A stretch of 64,000 nucleotides of DNA, from contig OZ037766.1 in the NCBI GenBank assembly GCA_964035545.1, positions 30,230,274 to 30,294,273 on the forward strand. The letters run 5' to 3'. Both the position numbers and the translations under genes were made by a program. Numbering within the stretch: position 1 is the stretch's first letter; each line of letters opens with the position of its first letter. Positions 26,790 to 40,400 of the stretch are shown here, piece after piece. The notes under the pieces were generated by a model. That model was not told the DNA's origin and searched no databases. It saw only the letters and a program-made list of their open reading frames with translations. Source of the DNA: Bugula neritina (lineage: Eukaryota > Animalia > Bryozoa).

Positions 26790-27465
26790 AGAGTAGAGTA
26801 GAATAGAGAAGAGAAGGGTAGAGTAGAGTAGAGCAGGGCAGGGCAGGGCAGGGCAGGGCAGGGCAGGGCAGGGCAGGGCAGGGCAGGGCAGGGCAGGGCA
26901 GGGCAGGGCAGGGCAGGGCAGGGCAGGGCAGGGCAGGGCAGGGCAGGGCAGGGCAGGGCAGGGCAGGGCAGGGCAGGGCAGGGCAGGGCAGGGCAGGGCA
27001 GGGCAGGGCAGGGCAGGGCAGGGCAGGGCAGGGCACGGCAGGGCACGGCAGGGCAGGGCAGGGCAGGGCAGGGCAGGGCACGGCAGGGCAGAGCAGGGAA
27101 GGGCAGGGCAGGGCAGGGCAGGGCAGGGCAGGGCAGGGAGGGGCAGGGCGGGGCAGGGCGGGGCAGGGCGGGGCAGGGCGGGGCAGGGCGGGGCAGGGCG
27201 GGGCAGGGCGGGGCAGGGCGGGGCAGGGCGGGGCAGGGCGGGGCAGGGCGGGGCAGGGCGGGGCAGGGCAGGGCAGGGCAGGGCAGGGCAGAGCAGAGCA
27301 GAGCAGAGCAGAGCAGAGCAGAGTAGAGTGGAGTAGAGCAGAGTAGAGTAGAGTGGGGTAGAGTAGGGTAAGGTAGAGTAGAGTGGGGTAGGGTAGACTA
27401 GGGTAGGGTAGAGTAGGGTAGGGTAAAATAGGGAAGAGTAGAATAGGGTACGGTAGAGTAGGGTA
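26790..27465 (+). repeat. Compound pentanucleotide array (GAGTA)/(GGGCA)/(GGGCAGGGCG)/(GGGTA)
   Basis: Directly visible. The left junction acttcatatagagtagagtagaatagagaagagaaggg closely matches the reverse complement of about 48700-48737. Confidence 0.95.
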
Positions 27466-27683
27466 GCTGAGTTAAGCTAGCTTTGAAAGTGAATTAGTAA
27501 TTAAAAACAGTAGTTGAACGGGTACAAACCCTAGCCCAGGTGAAGTGTAGTCCTCAAGCCCAGTCTAGTGCAAGAAATTTTTTTACAGGTGGTGTTGTTT
27601 TTTAAGATATATAGTAGTGCTATATATATAGTTAGTTAACTTATAGTCTAATTACAGAATAGTCTATATAATAAATATTTATA

Positions 27684-28965
27684 GAGAGACTTATGAAGAA
27701 CTACATCTCTAACCACACTCCCTTGGATAAATTTCAGTTTGCTTATCGCTCACACCGTTCAACCCAGGATGCATGCAGTGCTCTGCCTCCCTACGACTGT
27801 TACTAATTTTATTGACGGACAAGCTTGTAATTACTCACCATGCCTGTTCCTAGATTTCTCTTTAGCTTTTAATACTATAAACGTCAGTCATCTTATACCT
27901 AAGCTACAATATCTGGACTGTAATGTAACAGGATGAATAACCAGTTTCTTCAGTGGCCGAGTTCAAAAACATTAGTTGATTGCACCATATGTCTCAGCCT
28001 ATTGTTACCAATACAGGCACTCCCCAAGGTTCTGTGTTAAGCCCTCTTTTGTTTTCTGTTTACACTGATGGAAAAACATCTCAAACTAGTATAATGTCAC
28101 TATTTTAAAATATGCAGACGACACTTGTGTAATAGGTTGTATTTCTGATGAGTCTGCTTTGAGTAATTATTTTTTTGAAGTAAATAGAATATCCAATGAA
28201 TGTAATTCCTTAGCCCTTTTGTTGAACCCAAGTAAGACCCAAGAAATATTGTTTTCCACTAACAGGATTTAGCCAGACACCCCTGCTATGATTTTGAATA
28301 ATGTTAGTATCAGTTTTAGTGACAATGTGAAATATGTAGGGGTATGGATATAGACAACAAACTTCGTTTTGAAGAGCACATTAACTCTGTGGCAACAAAA
28401 GCTAGTCAAAGAATGTATATTGTTAGAAATTTTGTTTACCTTTGTTCAACCACCCTGGCTAGTATGCTATTTAAAAGTTTTATTATCTCCCTTCTTACTT
28501 ACTGTCTGCCCATTCTTTACATCTCCCTGTATGCTAAAGATAAAAAGCAACTCCGACACTTTTTTAAAGAGGCACTCAAACTAGGCATCAAAGATCTTGG
28601 GGATATCGACAATCTAATAGATGTCAGAACTAAAATCTTGCTACTGCAATATATACATGATGAAAATCATTTTTTAAAGGACTTTCTTGAAAAGAACCCA
28701 TCAGGACGATATCGTAATATTAAATACAGAAGCACATGCATGGGGCAGAAATTCTTTTATACGCCAGGCAGCACTCAAGCTAAATAAACTTGTATAATAA
28801 TTTTTGTCAATTGATTTCCAGCCTCAGAGACTTTTTATTCCTATTTTTAAGCCATGCATGTTACACTGTTATCATTTTTAATATCAGGGGCATCGGTATT
28901 CAACACCTTTTTTTGCACAACATATATCAGGTTAGTGATAGAAATAAAATCAATCAATCAATCAA
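27684..28965 (+). mobile_element. 5'-truncated Rex1/Babar-like (L2/CR1 group) LINE, decayed
   Basis: LDKFQFAYR, CLFLDFSLAFNTI, TGTPQGSVLSPLLFSVYTD and KYADDT. AATAAA at 28943 is followed by an (ATCA)n tail. A homologous empty site is at about 50100-50160. Confidence 0.88.
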
Positions 28966-29625
28966 GGTGTAGGGCCTCACAGCACAAATTTTCTCACTCA
29001 TAGCTATAAAACATGATTAGAACAATTGTTATTTATTACCTTAAGTTATACTCTACCCTCCCCTATAACCCTACCCTACCCTACCCTACCCTACCCTACT
29101 CTACCATACCCTACCCTACCCTACCCTACCCTACCCTATCCTACCCTATTCTTCTCTAATCTAATCCAATTATTTTAGATAAAAAATATTTTCCCACATC
29201 ACAATTCATGTTAGCAATTGGCTTTCAGCTATAATATAAAAGTTGTTTGTATACTAAACTCCTGAAGTCAAATTAAAAATTTAGCCACATGCATGCTTCA
29301 TCTGAAATTGATAACTTTTCCAAAAAAATTTTTGTAGTTTTTGGAATGGTAAGTATTGTTAGAAATGTTTGCCAAGTTCTGATGTTGCGAATTCCTTAAA
29401 TGTCTAGTAACAAGCATGAAATATATTAGCTTAGGATTTCAAATAACCAGTAGACTTTATTTGATAGTCAAAAAGAGAAACAGCGTTATAACACCAATAC
29501 CTTTTAAATTACCTGAATTTCGCAACAAAAATTGTTTTGTCAACAAAAAAATAGCTAATTGGTAAACAATCTAAAATACAGCCGATTAATTGCAGAGAAG
29601 CTAATGTTTCAAATGTAGTTTTTGT

Positions 29626-30749
29626 TTATTTTGTAAAGGGTGTTGTTGTAGTGGGTGTTGTTGTTGTAGTGGGTGTTGTTGTTGTAGTGGGTGTTGTTGT
29701 TGTAGTGGGTGTTGTTGTTGTAGTGGGTGTTGTTGTTGTAGTGGGTGTTGTTGTTGTAGTTGGTGTTGTTGTTGTAGTGGGTGTTGTTGTTGTAGTGGGT
29801 GTTGTTGTTGTAGTGGTTGTTGTTGTAGTGGGTGCTGGTGCGAAGATGATTGCGCCAGGGAATCGTGCGGCGATGGCTTGTGTAGTAGTAGTTGGCGCAG
29901 CAGTGGTTGGTGCAGCAGTAATTGGTGGTGGTGTAATTGGTGCTGGTCTAATAGGTGCTTGTGTAATAAGTAGTATCATAATTGGTGCTGGTGTAATTGG
30001 CGCTGCACGAATTGGAGCTGGTGTGATTGGTGGTTGTGTAGGTGCTGGGGCTGGTGGCTGACAAAAGCTAGTACAGAGTTGCTGGGCTTCTATATTGCAA
30101 ATTCGAGCTGATCTGTTTCTAAGATTTCTTTCTCCATTTCTTCTGCCACCCCTTCCTCTTCCCTTCCTCCCACTTCTCTTTCCATCTTTACCCCCTTTTC
30201 TTTTACTTCTCTTGCCCCCTTTTCTTTTACTTCTCTTGCCCCCTTTTTTATTGCCTCTCTTGCTCTTGCCCGCTCTTCTATTGCCTCTCCTGTCTCCTCT
30301 TTTATTTTTTCTCTTTTTCCCTTTACCACCCCTGCCTCCTCTACCTACTCCTAAGCGCTGAAGGCATGCTTGAGTACGAGAACGTAAACAAGCTTGGCAT
30401 GCTGAAATAACAAATCAAAATTTAGTTTGCTATATTTTTATCAACAGTATACAAAATAGCAGACATATTTCCTAATGCTAGAAAAGTCAAAACAATTAGC
30501 TTCAATTAAGACATTCAGATAATTCTTTTTTCCAATTTCTTTTGTCTGAAAAAGTTTAAAAATTTGCCCAATCACTTGACTATCACTTTACTGCAATCTA
30601 ATAACAAAATTTACAAAAATAACATATAATCATAAAGAATTAAATTACTTACACAGAGATACTGCAGAGGAAAAATCTGCTTGGTTTTGTGAAGAGACAA
30701 ACACCACTGCTACACTCAATACAAATACTATCAAGATCCAAGTTCTCAT
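29626..30749 (-). CDS. Family copy E: complete intact gene, 290-aa secreted Cys-framed polycationic protein with mucin-like tail; coding exons 30749-30653 and 30401-29626 (non-coding exon 1 about 30918-30875)
   Basis: MRTWILIVFVLSVAVVFVSSQNQADFSSAVSL-S-CQACLRSRTQACLQRLGVGRGGRGGKGKKRKNK...GKRSKRKGGKRSKRKGG...RNRSARICNIEAQQLCTSFCQPPAPAP...(PTTTTT)n..PFTK*. Canonical phase-1 intron. 873 nt with no internal stop. Confidence 0.9.
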
Positions 30750-30914
30750 CTTCAGCTTCTTCAAAAAAATTTGTAAGTATATTATAAGTAGAGATCAAGT
30801 TTGTTATATTTTATTAATTTTTGAATATGAAAACTACAAATATATAACTAGTTATCAAGAAAAGCATTCTTCACCTTAAAGTTTTTGATGTTGTGCCCTT
30901 TCTGCCTTCAATAG

Positions 30915-30948
30915 ACTAATTTTTGTTTTCATAATCAGGCTTTTTATA
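30915..30948 (-). promoter_or_regulatory. TATA box and probable initiator of copy E
   Basis: TATAAAA at 30948-30942 in a context nearly identical to 11794-11830. Confidence 0.6.
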
Positions 30949-31167
30949 CTCCAAATACTCAAAGTAATTAAACCTGTAGATCCTTAATCTTGACTTTATA
31001 TGCTTCAGTGAGATTAATTTTGAAACAGTGACAATATTGCCAGTTGAGTAAATTGCTAGGCCCAAGAGACTCACGGGTTGCATTTCATCTTTACTGTTAT
31101 AATATATCAGACCAACATTTCTTATTATATAACCAACCGTTACCAACCGTTATCAACCGTTACCATG

Positions 31168-31271
31168 ACCCTACTCTACCCTACTCTACTCCTCTCTACT
31201 CTACTCTACCCTACCCTACCCTACCCTTCCCTTCCCTTCCCTACCCTACCCTGCCCTGCCCTGCCCTGCCC
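31168..31271 (+). repeat. (CCCTA)/(CCCTG) pentanucleotide array
   Basis: Directly visible. Confidence 0.9.
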
Positions 31272-32319
31272 AGTGCATCACACGGCTTTTACGACTGTCA
31301 GGGTCGATCCTCATTTTGCCATTTCGCGATATTAGCCGCAATAAACAATATATTTTCGTGCGATAACATCGACTGTCTAGGGCGCTACTGTTGACGAATC
31401 AGAACAAAGAGAGCACATGAGTGCTGTAAACATGTACGTGTTGTTATGGTTACTAATGATGATCTGCTACGTAATTTTTGTAGTAGACAACTCTCACAGA
31501 AATCATTAATTTGTCTTTTCCTTATTTAGCTAACAACTTTTGCCTAGAAAAGAGAGAAGGCAAGGTGGCTCAAGCGATGCTGTATTTTTTTAGAATGTTT
31601 TAGCTTAAATTCTGTTTGGTTTATCCTACTAGAATGTTACCTGCTGCAGCATCAACACTATCATTGCAAAACTATATCTACTTATAACAAAATCTTGATG
31701 CCCATAGCAAAATTATATACTTTATTGTGGCGGATGTGCAAGAGTTTGGAGTCATCTCATCAATTACACATAGCAACAGAAGAACACAATATAGAAATAA
31801 CAGAAAGCCAAAGACGGTATACCTTTATTTTTAACCAAGAAAGAATTTTGTTAAACATTATATTGTTAAGTTCACCATAAAAAAACTGATTTTACAAGTG
31901 GTTACATCTTTTCCGAAAATAAAGGTGCCATGAAGCAGCCGAAAATGAAGTCGTCCGCTCACCAGACACCTAAAAAATAATTATGCAACATGATATTTTC
32001 AAAATTAAACACAGATATGCAACAGTCATCACCTACATAATTTTTTATAAATTTAACAAGCTTGTTTAGTGAAAGTGTATAATACAAACACTAATGTTGA
32101 TAGCGAAAATGCCATGTTCATGCAAGATAGTAAATCAATATAAATAAGAAGTCATATCATATCTATGTTATATATGTATTCAATTCTGGTTTATGCTTTA
32201 TGCCTTCAACTATGAGTGCACAACCACTAATCCTATTTCTACCAACACCATCTCTACCGCTAACAGTACTAACGTCAGAACCAAAAACAACTTCACCACT
32301 ACTACTAATAATTCTATTA

Positions 32320-32525
32320 TTTTATTATTATTACTTCTACTACTATACTACTGCTACTGCTACTACTACTACTACTAGTGCTACTGCTACTGCTACTACT
32401 ACTTCTACTACTGCTGCTGCTGCTACTACTTCTACTACTGCTACTACTGCTGCTACTACTACTACTGCTACTACTACTACTGCTACTACTACTTTTACCA
32501 CTACTAATATTGTTTCTACTACAAA
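32320..32525. repeat. (TAC/TGC)n trinucleotide microsatellite
   Basis: Directly visible. Confidence 0.9.
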
Positions 32526-35500
32526 TACTGTAAATCTTACCAGCAGCAAGTTATATTGGAAACTGTTTGCTCATATTTTTATCATTGTATTAGTGCAATA
32601 ACAAAATGTTTATATTTTAATATAGTCAAACCTTTTAAAAAGCTACGCTGCTACTTATGAACTAAGAAGTTGTGCTACCCACCTTGATATGCACTCAGCT
32701 CTAACACCAAGCAGGTGGTTATGATGCTTCTCCACAATAGCCAGGCTATCCAGCTGTCCGATTGTATGCATCTACGTAAAAATTATTGGCATATGGTGCA
32801 AGAAATGATTAAAAACCAGATAGGTGTGCTAGAATTTATACAGCATAATATAGAGTAAGGTAAAAGAGAACAGACCGTCAAGTGGTACAGCATAGAAACA
32901 ATTACTAGCTATTATATGCTTTATAGAAGTTGGCAAATTGTAGCCCACTAGATATGAACTTTAGTTAGCATTTTATTTTGGCTTTCAGCAACTGCTTTAA
33001 TCACTGATCTTGGTAAAACCAATATGTTTACAAATTAACACCTCCACTAGATAGGTATACAGGTCAAAATATTCCAATTGGTGACATACTAAAAGAAAAT
33101 GTATATTTATTCATTTTTAAAAGATTGCTAATAATTTATAAAACAGCGTCGAAATCACTAAAGTAACAGCGCAAATAAGTTTATTAAACAGCATTATAGG
33201 ATTGCCTATTACTAGTTTCATGATTTCTATTATTTTACTGGTTTCAAACATAATATAGGCTGAAAAAGCAATATTAGTTCTCTCACTTTTGCTAACTACA
33301 TTGCTTGGAAGGCCATCATAATTAGATTAGATCAAACAAATGTGTTGACAGGTAGACTGGAACAGGCCTAAAATTTGCAAGGTATAATTTAAATTTATCT
33401 GGCCTGAAATTGCTGAAACTGACAATACAATAATATGAGAAACGAGCAGGGTTTTTTATTAAAGCTAGCAAAAATAATTCCTCTACATATAATTAACATA
33501 CAGTCCATACATATAATATATTACTATGTCCAGGCAGCAGTGCTTGTTCTAGCCAAAAGAAAACTGATTTAATGGCTGATTTTAATGGCCAACAAGAAAT
33601 TTATGGCGCACAGTGGCATTGTCATATTTTTAATATTCAAAATTACAGTTCTAATCTATCAATCATTTTATCAATACTACTATACTATAATCTACTCCTG
33701 CTGCTGCTGCTGCTGGTTCTACCACTGCTACCATACTGTTGAGTAATGCAAGCTAAGTAATTTAAATTACAATTAAAAAAATTATCGGACTTTCTTTTCT
33801 ATTACCTGTCTAGTTTAGCATTTCTTTCATCATAGCTTGCCATATTAACTTGAAAATTCACAGGGTTTGAGTTAGACCTATGGAATATACTTACAAGTAG
33901 AATGAACCCACAGTTCTGCAATATATCATAAAAACATTCAAAATAAAACTATAGGAAAACCAAGTAAATGCTTCTAAGTATTAGCGCAAGTAAAGATGCT
34001 ATGCAATCTATCCAACATGCAGCCAAATGTCTCAAAATAGGCTTCAGAGTTATAAATATAAAATGTTTCCAAATCAAGGCTAGCAACACTTCTGTTGTTG
34101 TGATAGCAAATTTTGCTTAATAAAGTAAGGAAACCAGCTTCCCTTGCATGACTCAATTTCTATTAAAGAAAAATTATACTCTCCTATAATCGCTGAAACA
34201 CAGGCCTGTCACAAGTACATGAATGGTAAATTTAGATGTTTTCCTAAAACCATCATCAAAACAGTAAACACACTGCAAAATATTTATTTTTACTTTTTCT
34301 GCTCAAACATTTAAATGGGCTCTGCAGGATATGACAAATACCAAAATAATTCGGCTTTGTGAACTAGCAAATATGGACAAACAAACACCCTAATATTCAC
34401 GCCAAAAGAAAAGTCTACGCAGTTGGTGTTCTCAGCATTCTTCCTTGTGAATCAAAAACATGGGCAACATGTGGACTGCAAGAATCAAAGCTCAGCACTT
34501 TTCATACCTGGAGTTTAAGATGCATGTTGAGTAAAATCTGGGAAGATAAAATGATAAATGAAGATGTATTTGAAATCACAGACCCGGATTCTCTTTCTTC
34601 AAAACTGAATTTCTTCTGTCTTCACTGGGCTGGTCAACATGCCAAAGTATCTCATCCGCCGCACTCGATTGCATGCATTAATATCAAAAGGAACTCATCC
34701 AGCTAGAAGAACTTATATCTAAGGTTTGAGGATGTCCTGAAACAAGAGCTTAAGGAATTTTACATAAAATCCAATCAATTTACCACCTCTCAAATGGAGG
34801 CAAAGCATTCTTGCAGGATGGGCATTCAACACTGGAAACAATATAAAGGGAGCTATGGCTAGATGTTCAAGACATGAATGCTAAGGGTGTCATGTATATG
34901 ATCACTGAGATATTTATGACAATCTCTCAATATACCTTAGCATATTAAATATGCTTGTAGTTATAGCTATTACTATAGTTGTTATATATGCTACTAACTA
35001 ACAAGCAATAACCGTATTACAAACATAGGTGAATAAGAAAAATAATTCAACAGTGGTGATATCAGTATAGGTATTATAATTTAGCAATTGGCATACAAAT
35101 TAAAAATGATGAATATAATGATGGTTAAAGTTATTAGATACCTAAACTTATACCTATATTAATTAAAACAGTGACTTGTTGAAAAATAAATAAATTAATA
35201 TTCATTAAAACTTTATTAAATTAAAAGATAATGTTGAAGTAAAATGAACAGTTAAAATTAATTTATTCACAATAATTTTAACTTTTTATGATCAACCTTA
35301 AAATAAAAACTCAAGTATTTGTAGCAAAGTTTTGAATAAAGTTGGATTTTGCAACGGTTTGAGATACTTTCACTAGCACTATGTGCATAACTGTATAAGT
35401 TTTATCATATTAATACAGTTACATACTCATACTCAAATATATAGTAACATTTTCAATAAATCAGGTATTGGTATTGAGATTGCGTTGGTCGAGATAACAT

Positions 35501-36479
35501 CATGGTTACTCACTTATGGTTGTATACTTTAGCTTATACTTTTAGTTACATGTACTACTGCCCTATTATTAAACTTAATCTTAGTCTGTCATCACTTAGA
35601 AAACATAGTTCAGTCTTGAGGCAAATCAGTTTGAGTGTCGTTAGTTTCATTACCACTAATCATTAGATTTAGTCAGTGTACTTAAAATTTATTGATCAAT
35701 ATTACCATCAAATTTAAGTGACTATTATTATGAATACTATATCTATCAAATATCAAAAACTGCAAGCTTAATAAGTATGATTAAGAAAATCACAGCCAAC
35801 ATGGCGATGATTGAATTGTATGCTCGTGCTATTGAGATTCCTAACATAAAGGTTAACCTTACATAATGATTAGATAACAATCATATTCAATTTTTCATTA
35901 CTGTCATTTGTTAGGAAAAGCATCCAGTCATAATTACTCCTATGCTCCAACCAAATAATTGCTTAGCCCCATTTAACAAAAAACCTTTCCCATCAGGGGT
36001 TTCTCACAGGGATGCCAACTATAAACTTGCACAAGTTTTATTTAATAGTAAATTAATTTACTTATATAAAAATTATTACATTCACAGTGATACATTGATG
36101 GTCATAATGTTTTATATATCAATATCATCATTATGATACAATTATCACTATTACTATATGATATCTTATCAATAAAATTTCATAAAGTTCATGAAAAACA
36201 TTAAATATAACAATTTAATTAAAACTAAATCACTGCCAAAGGGCAAGGTAAAGTCAAAATTAAATAAGCTATAGGGTGTAGGCTATAAGTGTAAGTATAA
36301 TTATCACTATAAAACTAAGTGACTGATGAGTTGGTACTTGGTAGAATAAACATAAAATGAACATAAACAATCATAAACTAAAACACCATTACATATATGA
36401 TTTATGACCCTTTGGTTTCTATTTTTAATTTTAGCTTTACCTTGTCTTTTGGCATTGGTTATAGTATTAGTTTAGGTTA

Positions 36480-37400
36480 CACCACTATCAGTTACTATGA
36501 CTATGAGTATGAGTGAGTAGCCTTGCCCGTAGAACTAGGAGTAAGAGTAGATCACTAGAAGTAGAAGTATGGGTATCGGGGTGTGACTATAAGTATAACT
36601 CATAGTCATAGTATGATTATCTTACTGAAAGTGATACTCATAAACCTCAAGTGATAATCATAATGATACTCAGCATGACATGTAAGGTGTATGATAGTCA
36701 GTCTCGGTTATACAGAGTAGAATATCAAACTTTAAGTTTAACTGCTACTTTGAAGTAGGACTTAGACATCACCATTTATGGGTATGTCATGCCGTCATAG
36801 ACTATAGACATAGTATAAGGTTCTAATACTATAAGTATAACTATTACTACTATAAGTATAAGTCTTTAAGTTTAAGTATAACTATATTTACTATTGATTA
36901 ATTTCGATTTGATACTATTACTATTACTATTAGTAATACTGTATTAGTATTAGTATTACACTTTACAGTATTACTATTAGTATTAGTTGATCCCATACTG
37001 ATAGTGATACTCATACCACTACCATTATGATTATGATTAAGAGTACTACAGTGAGTTATACTCACAGCTATACTGATTACTAATTTAAGATCACTCTAAT
37101 CAGTAACTGTTATCACTAAGTATTAGTGGATTATTTATCATTTTATGATTTTATCATAGTCATAGTGAAACTGATTGAGTAATACTTATAGTTATAGCTA
37201 TATTCATATTGGTAGTGATACTGATAGTGATGCTGATAGACTTAGACTTAGAGTGTGAGTCAGAGTGAGAGCGATATTCATGTTTATAAATATGATTATA
37301 ACTAAGACTAAGAGTAAGAGCAAATGTAAAGTCTAATCGTGACATTATAACTATTACCATTAGTGCATTCGTATTACTATTAGTATTAGTATTACTAATT
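36480..37400. repeat. Cryptic low-complexity region with 3/6-bp periodicity (actatg/agtata/tagtat)
   Basis: Degenerate hexamer runs such as actatgactatgagtatgagt and gacttagacttagagt. Confidence 0.6.
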
Positions 37401-40400
37401 ATTAATCTATTTTCCAATAATAACCATGCATATGCCCTAGCCTATAACTATAAGTTTGAGCACGCCTATGGTATTCAAAATTGAAATTGAATCTTTGGGT
37501 TATTTGACCAAAGGAGCCGCGGACTCAATTAGGCATTGGACCTTGGGGGCGATTCTAGTGTTCAAGTAGAACCGATATTCGGTCAAAACAGGTCTGGTCT
37601 ATCATGGTGGCCAGTAATTTATCTGCGCAAATTTACTCGACTCTTGTGTTCATAATAAACTCGGCCTGACTACTCCGCAAATGGGGCGATAATCATAAAT
37701 TTCATAATAATATATTATTAGAGACTAATTTAGTATGTATACACATGTCGGTAATTACAATCTAGTTCCATTCTTCAGGAAAACCCATTACGGATCAGGT
37801 TGGTACTATTGCTATTAGGTTGAGAATATTATTAGTAAAACAATCACAATGTGCTCATTTTTGATATAAATTATTATTACTACTAGTACAGTAGTAGTAC
37901 TAGTAGTAGTAGTACTCTAGTTACTAGTACTAGTAGTAGTAGTACTAGTAGGCCCACTAGTAGTTATGGTGTCTAATACCTTGATTGAGAACTGTGAAAA
38001 TCATTAGATTTAGTGATAACAGACTACCACTGTAAGTCTGTAAGTGCTTTAGTACTAGATGTACCACAAGTATCAATGCTTTAGGTTTTTATGGTGTTAA
38101 ATACTCATTTTTTACAGTGATTGTTATTTTATTGGTACGTGTTCTGTTACTTGTGAGTATTGTTACAATTCCAAATGAATAAGCCATTTTAAGTAAATAC
38201 TCTTATACGGTGTGAATATTGATATGAATTATATGTTTCACATTTACCGCTATAGTTTTATCAGTATGATATACATTTTTTTAATAATAATGATCATAAA
38301 ACATCATCATTAAAAGTGTAAAGTTTTACTCCACTTTTTGGGACCAGTTGCTGCTTCTGGTAGCATAGGTAGAGTCTTTGCTCATTTATCCTAACACACT
38401 AAGGTTTGAGTTTTATCTTTATTGCAACATCCAAAAACCTTTGCCGACCTTGTTCTTACAATCAACTATGAAACCTTGTGAGTCTATGCCTAGTAGATGC
38501 ATTACTGATAAATAACTAATAATATCTGCTTGTTATATGGGGAAGAATTTTTTGCATAGTAATTTTTCTCGTGTTTGTATTTTGATTTTTCTAATGTCAA
38601 TATACTTAAGAAATATCCTGGAAAGCATTTTTTGCCAGTTCATTTCTTCTCTTTATTTCTTGTTCATTTTAACCATGCAATATCAGTTATTAACTCTCCA
38701 AGGTATACTGTTTTAATTATTCGTTGCTCTGGTGTAGCATCTAGGATGGTGTTGATATTAAGTGTGGTGCAGACTTTTTGAAAATCATGGCTTTTGTTTT
38801 AAAACCTTTCTTATCCATATCACAAAGTTTTCTTGCTTGTTTACCGCAATGAGTCTTAATCTAAATAAAAAAGCAATATTTGATCAATTAAATTTTCAAT
38901 CTGAAATTGGTTTTCAAACTGCTTTTGCCATTTAGTGTTCTTTTGCTGATGCTATATTAATGTGATTTTAAAAGGGAGTTTGCTGCGTTATTAGATGTAC
39001 TTATAATATGGGTATTTAAGTTCAATGGGAATATAAATATCCTTTTCATTATTGAAATGTTCACAATGACAACTCTGTTCATATGAGCTGCTGACTACAA
39101 CTTAAAAGTTATCTGTTTGGAATGATTTTTATAGACTCTTGATAATGATTGCGTATGATTTACAATACAATACTATTTACCAACTATTGTTCGATGGTCA
39201 CATGTCTTGTTTTATTTTTTCATCTTTTTTGTTTTCAATATGAGCAAACAAATAAGAATTGTATGGGTACGTTAAATTATTATTTAATTTTTCAGAATAT
39301 TTCAGTTGGTGACCACTGTGGAGGAATTGAATGGAAAGCTGCAAAGACGGTTTCAGGCACTTATATGTAAGGCATTGGATATGGAGAGAGGGAGATCTGT
39401 GCTTATCCTTATATAATGCAAGTAAGTTAATTAATGTATTGCTGGCTTTTATTTATATGCATATAAAGTTTGTTTAGTGACTATTTGTGCTTGAAATTAT
39501 TTGCAAAATTTAATTTGTCCTCTGCTTATAAAAATCTATTCAGAACTTTTTGCCTGTAGAATCTTCAACGTTTTAATTATATTTTTTTGGAGTTTTAGAA
39601 ACAATTTCTTGGTACACAATCTGTTGCTACCAATGTAAGGTGACGGTACTTCTCTTGACTTCTAAAATGCAAGCAAAGCTTGTTTCCTCTCACGATTACT
39701 TTTTGAGTGTGATGTTCGCTAAGGCACACATTTGAACATGTCAGTTACTACACTTTAATAGATGTTTTAGTATTAGATATATTTTAGTTTTAGGTAACAT
39801 GAAATATTGAAAATAATGTATGCGAATCTGGTGAATGTTTAGACTTCAACTACCCCTATGCAAATGCAGGTTTAAACCATATAATCAAACTAAAAATCAA
39901 TTATTTTTCTTTATATTTGATTTCTAGTTTTTTAGGTGAGAACTTGTTTTGTTTTGTTAAAAATTGTGGTTGGAAAATATCCTTATTCACCAGGCCACAG
40001 CTGCAACATTTACACTGCATGTCATCGTGATTTATGATTGAAGGCTAAGTGCAGTGGTAGAGTGTGGCAAGGCATAGGTCTAAGTACTGAAGAGACCACG
40101 GAGCAGAAAAATATTTATATCTCAAGATGTGGCTTGATTACACAGCATATGAATTATGATGGTAACAAAATATATGCCTTTCAACTTTAAAGTTTTTTTA
40201 AGCTTGCATTAATCTTATTCAAGATAGTATCTGTCCAAGCATTTAACAGCACATTGTATAAGGTTTTGCAAATGTTATTTAACTTTGTTTACTACTTGTT
40301 TTTTGCTATTTTCAACAACTCGAACATGCCGCCAGTTTTTGTAATTTTCAAACAAGAAATTTCACAAACTCCATCAAATTGATTCAAATAGATGTTATAT

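Noticed and set aside
15215-30361. Glu-rich, Val/Gly-rich and His/Asn-rich ORFs overlapping family exons
   Set aside because: They are alternative-frame or antisense shadows of the low-complexity Arg and Pro/Thr regions.
32200-32601. Thr/Ala-rich ORF as another family mucin tail
   Set aside because: It derives from a (TAC)n microsatellite and lacks the Cys blocks and the ccaatcacaccagca-type codons of the family.
34330-34900. Possible further retroelement relic (slightly higher GC, coding-like texture)
   Set aside because: No diagnostic motif could be read by eye.
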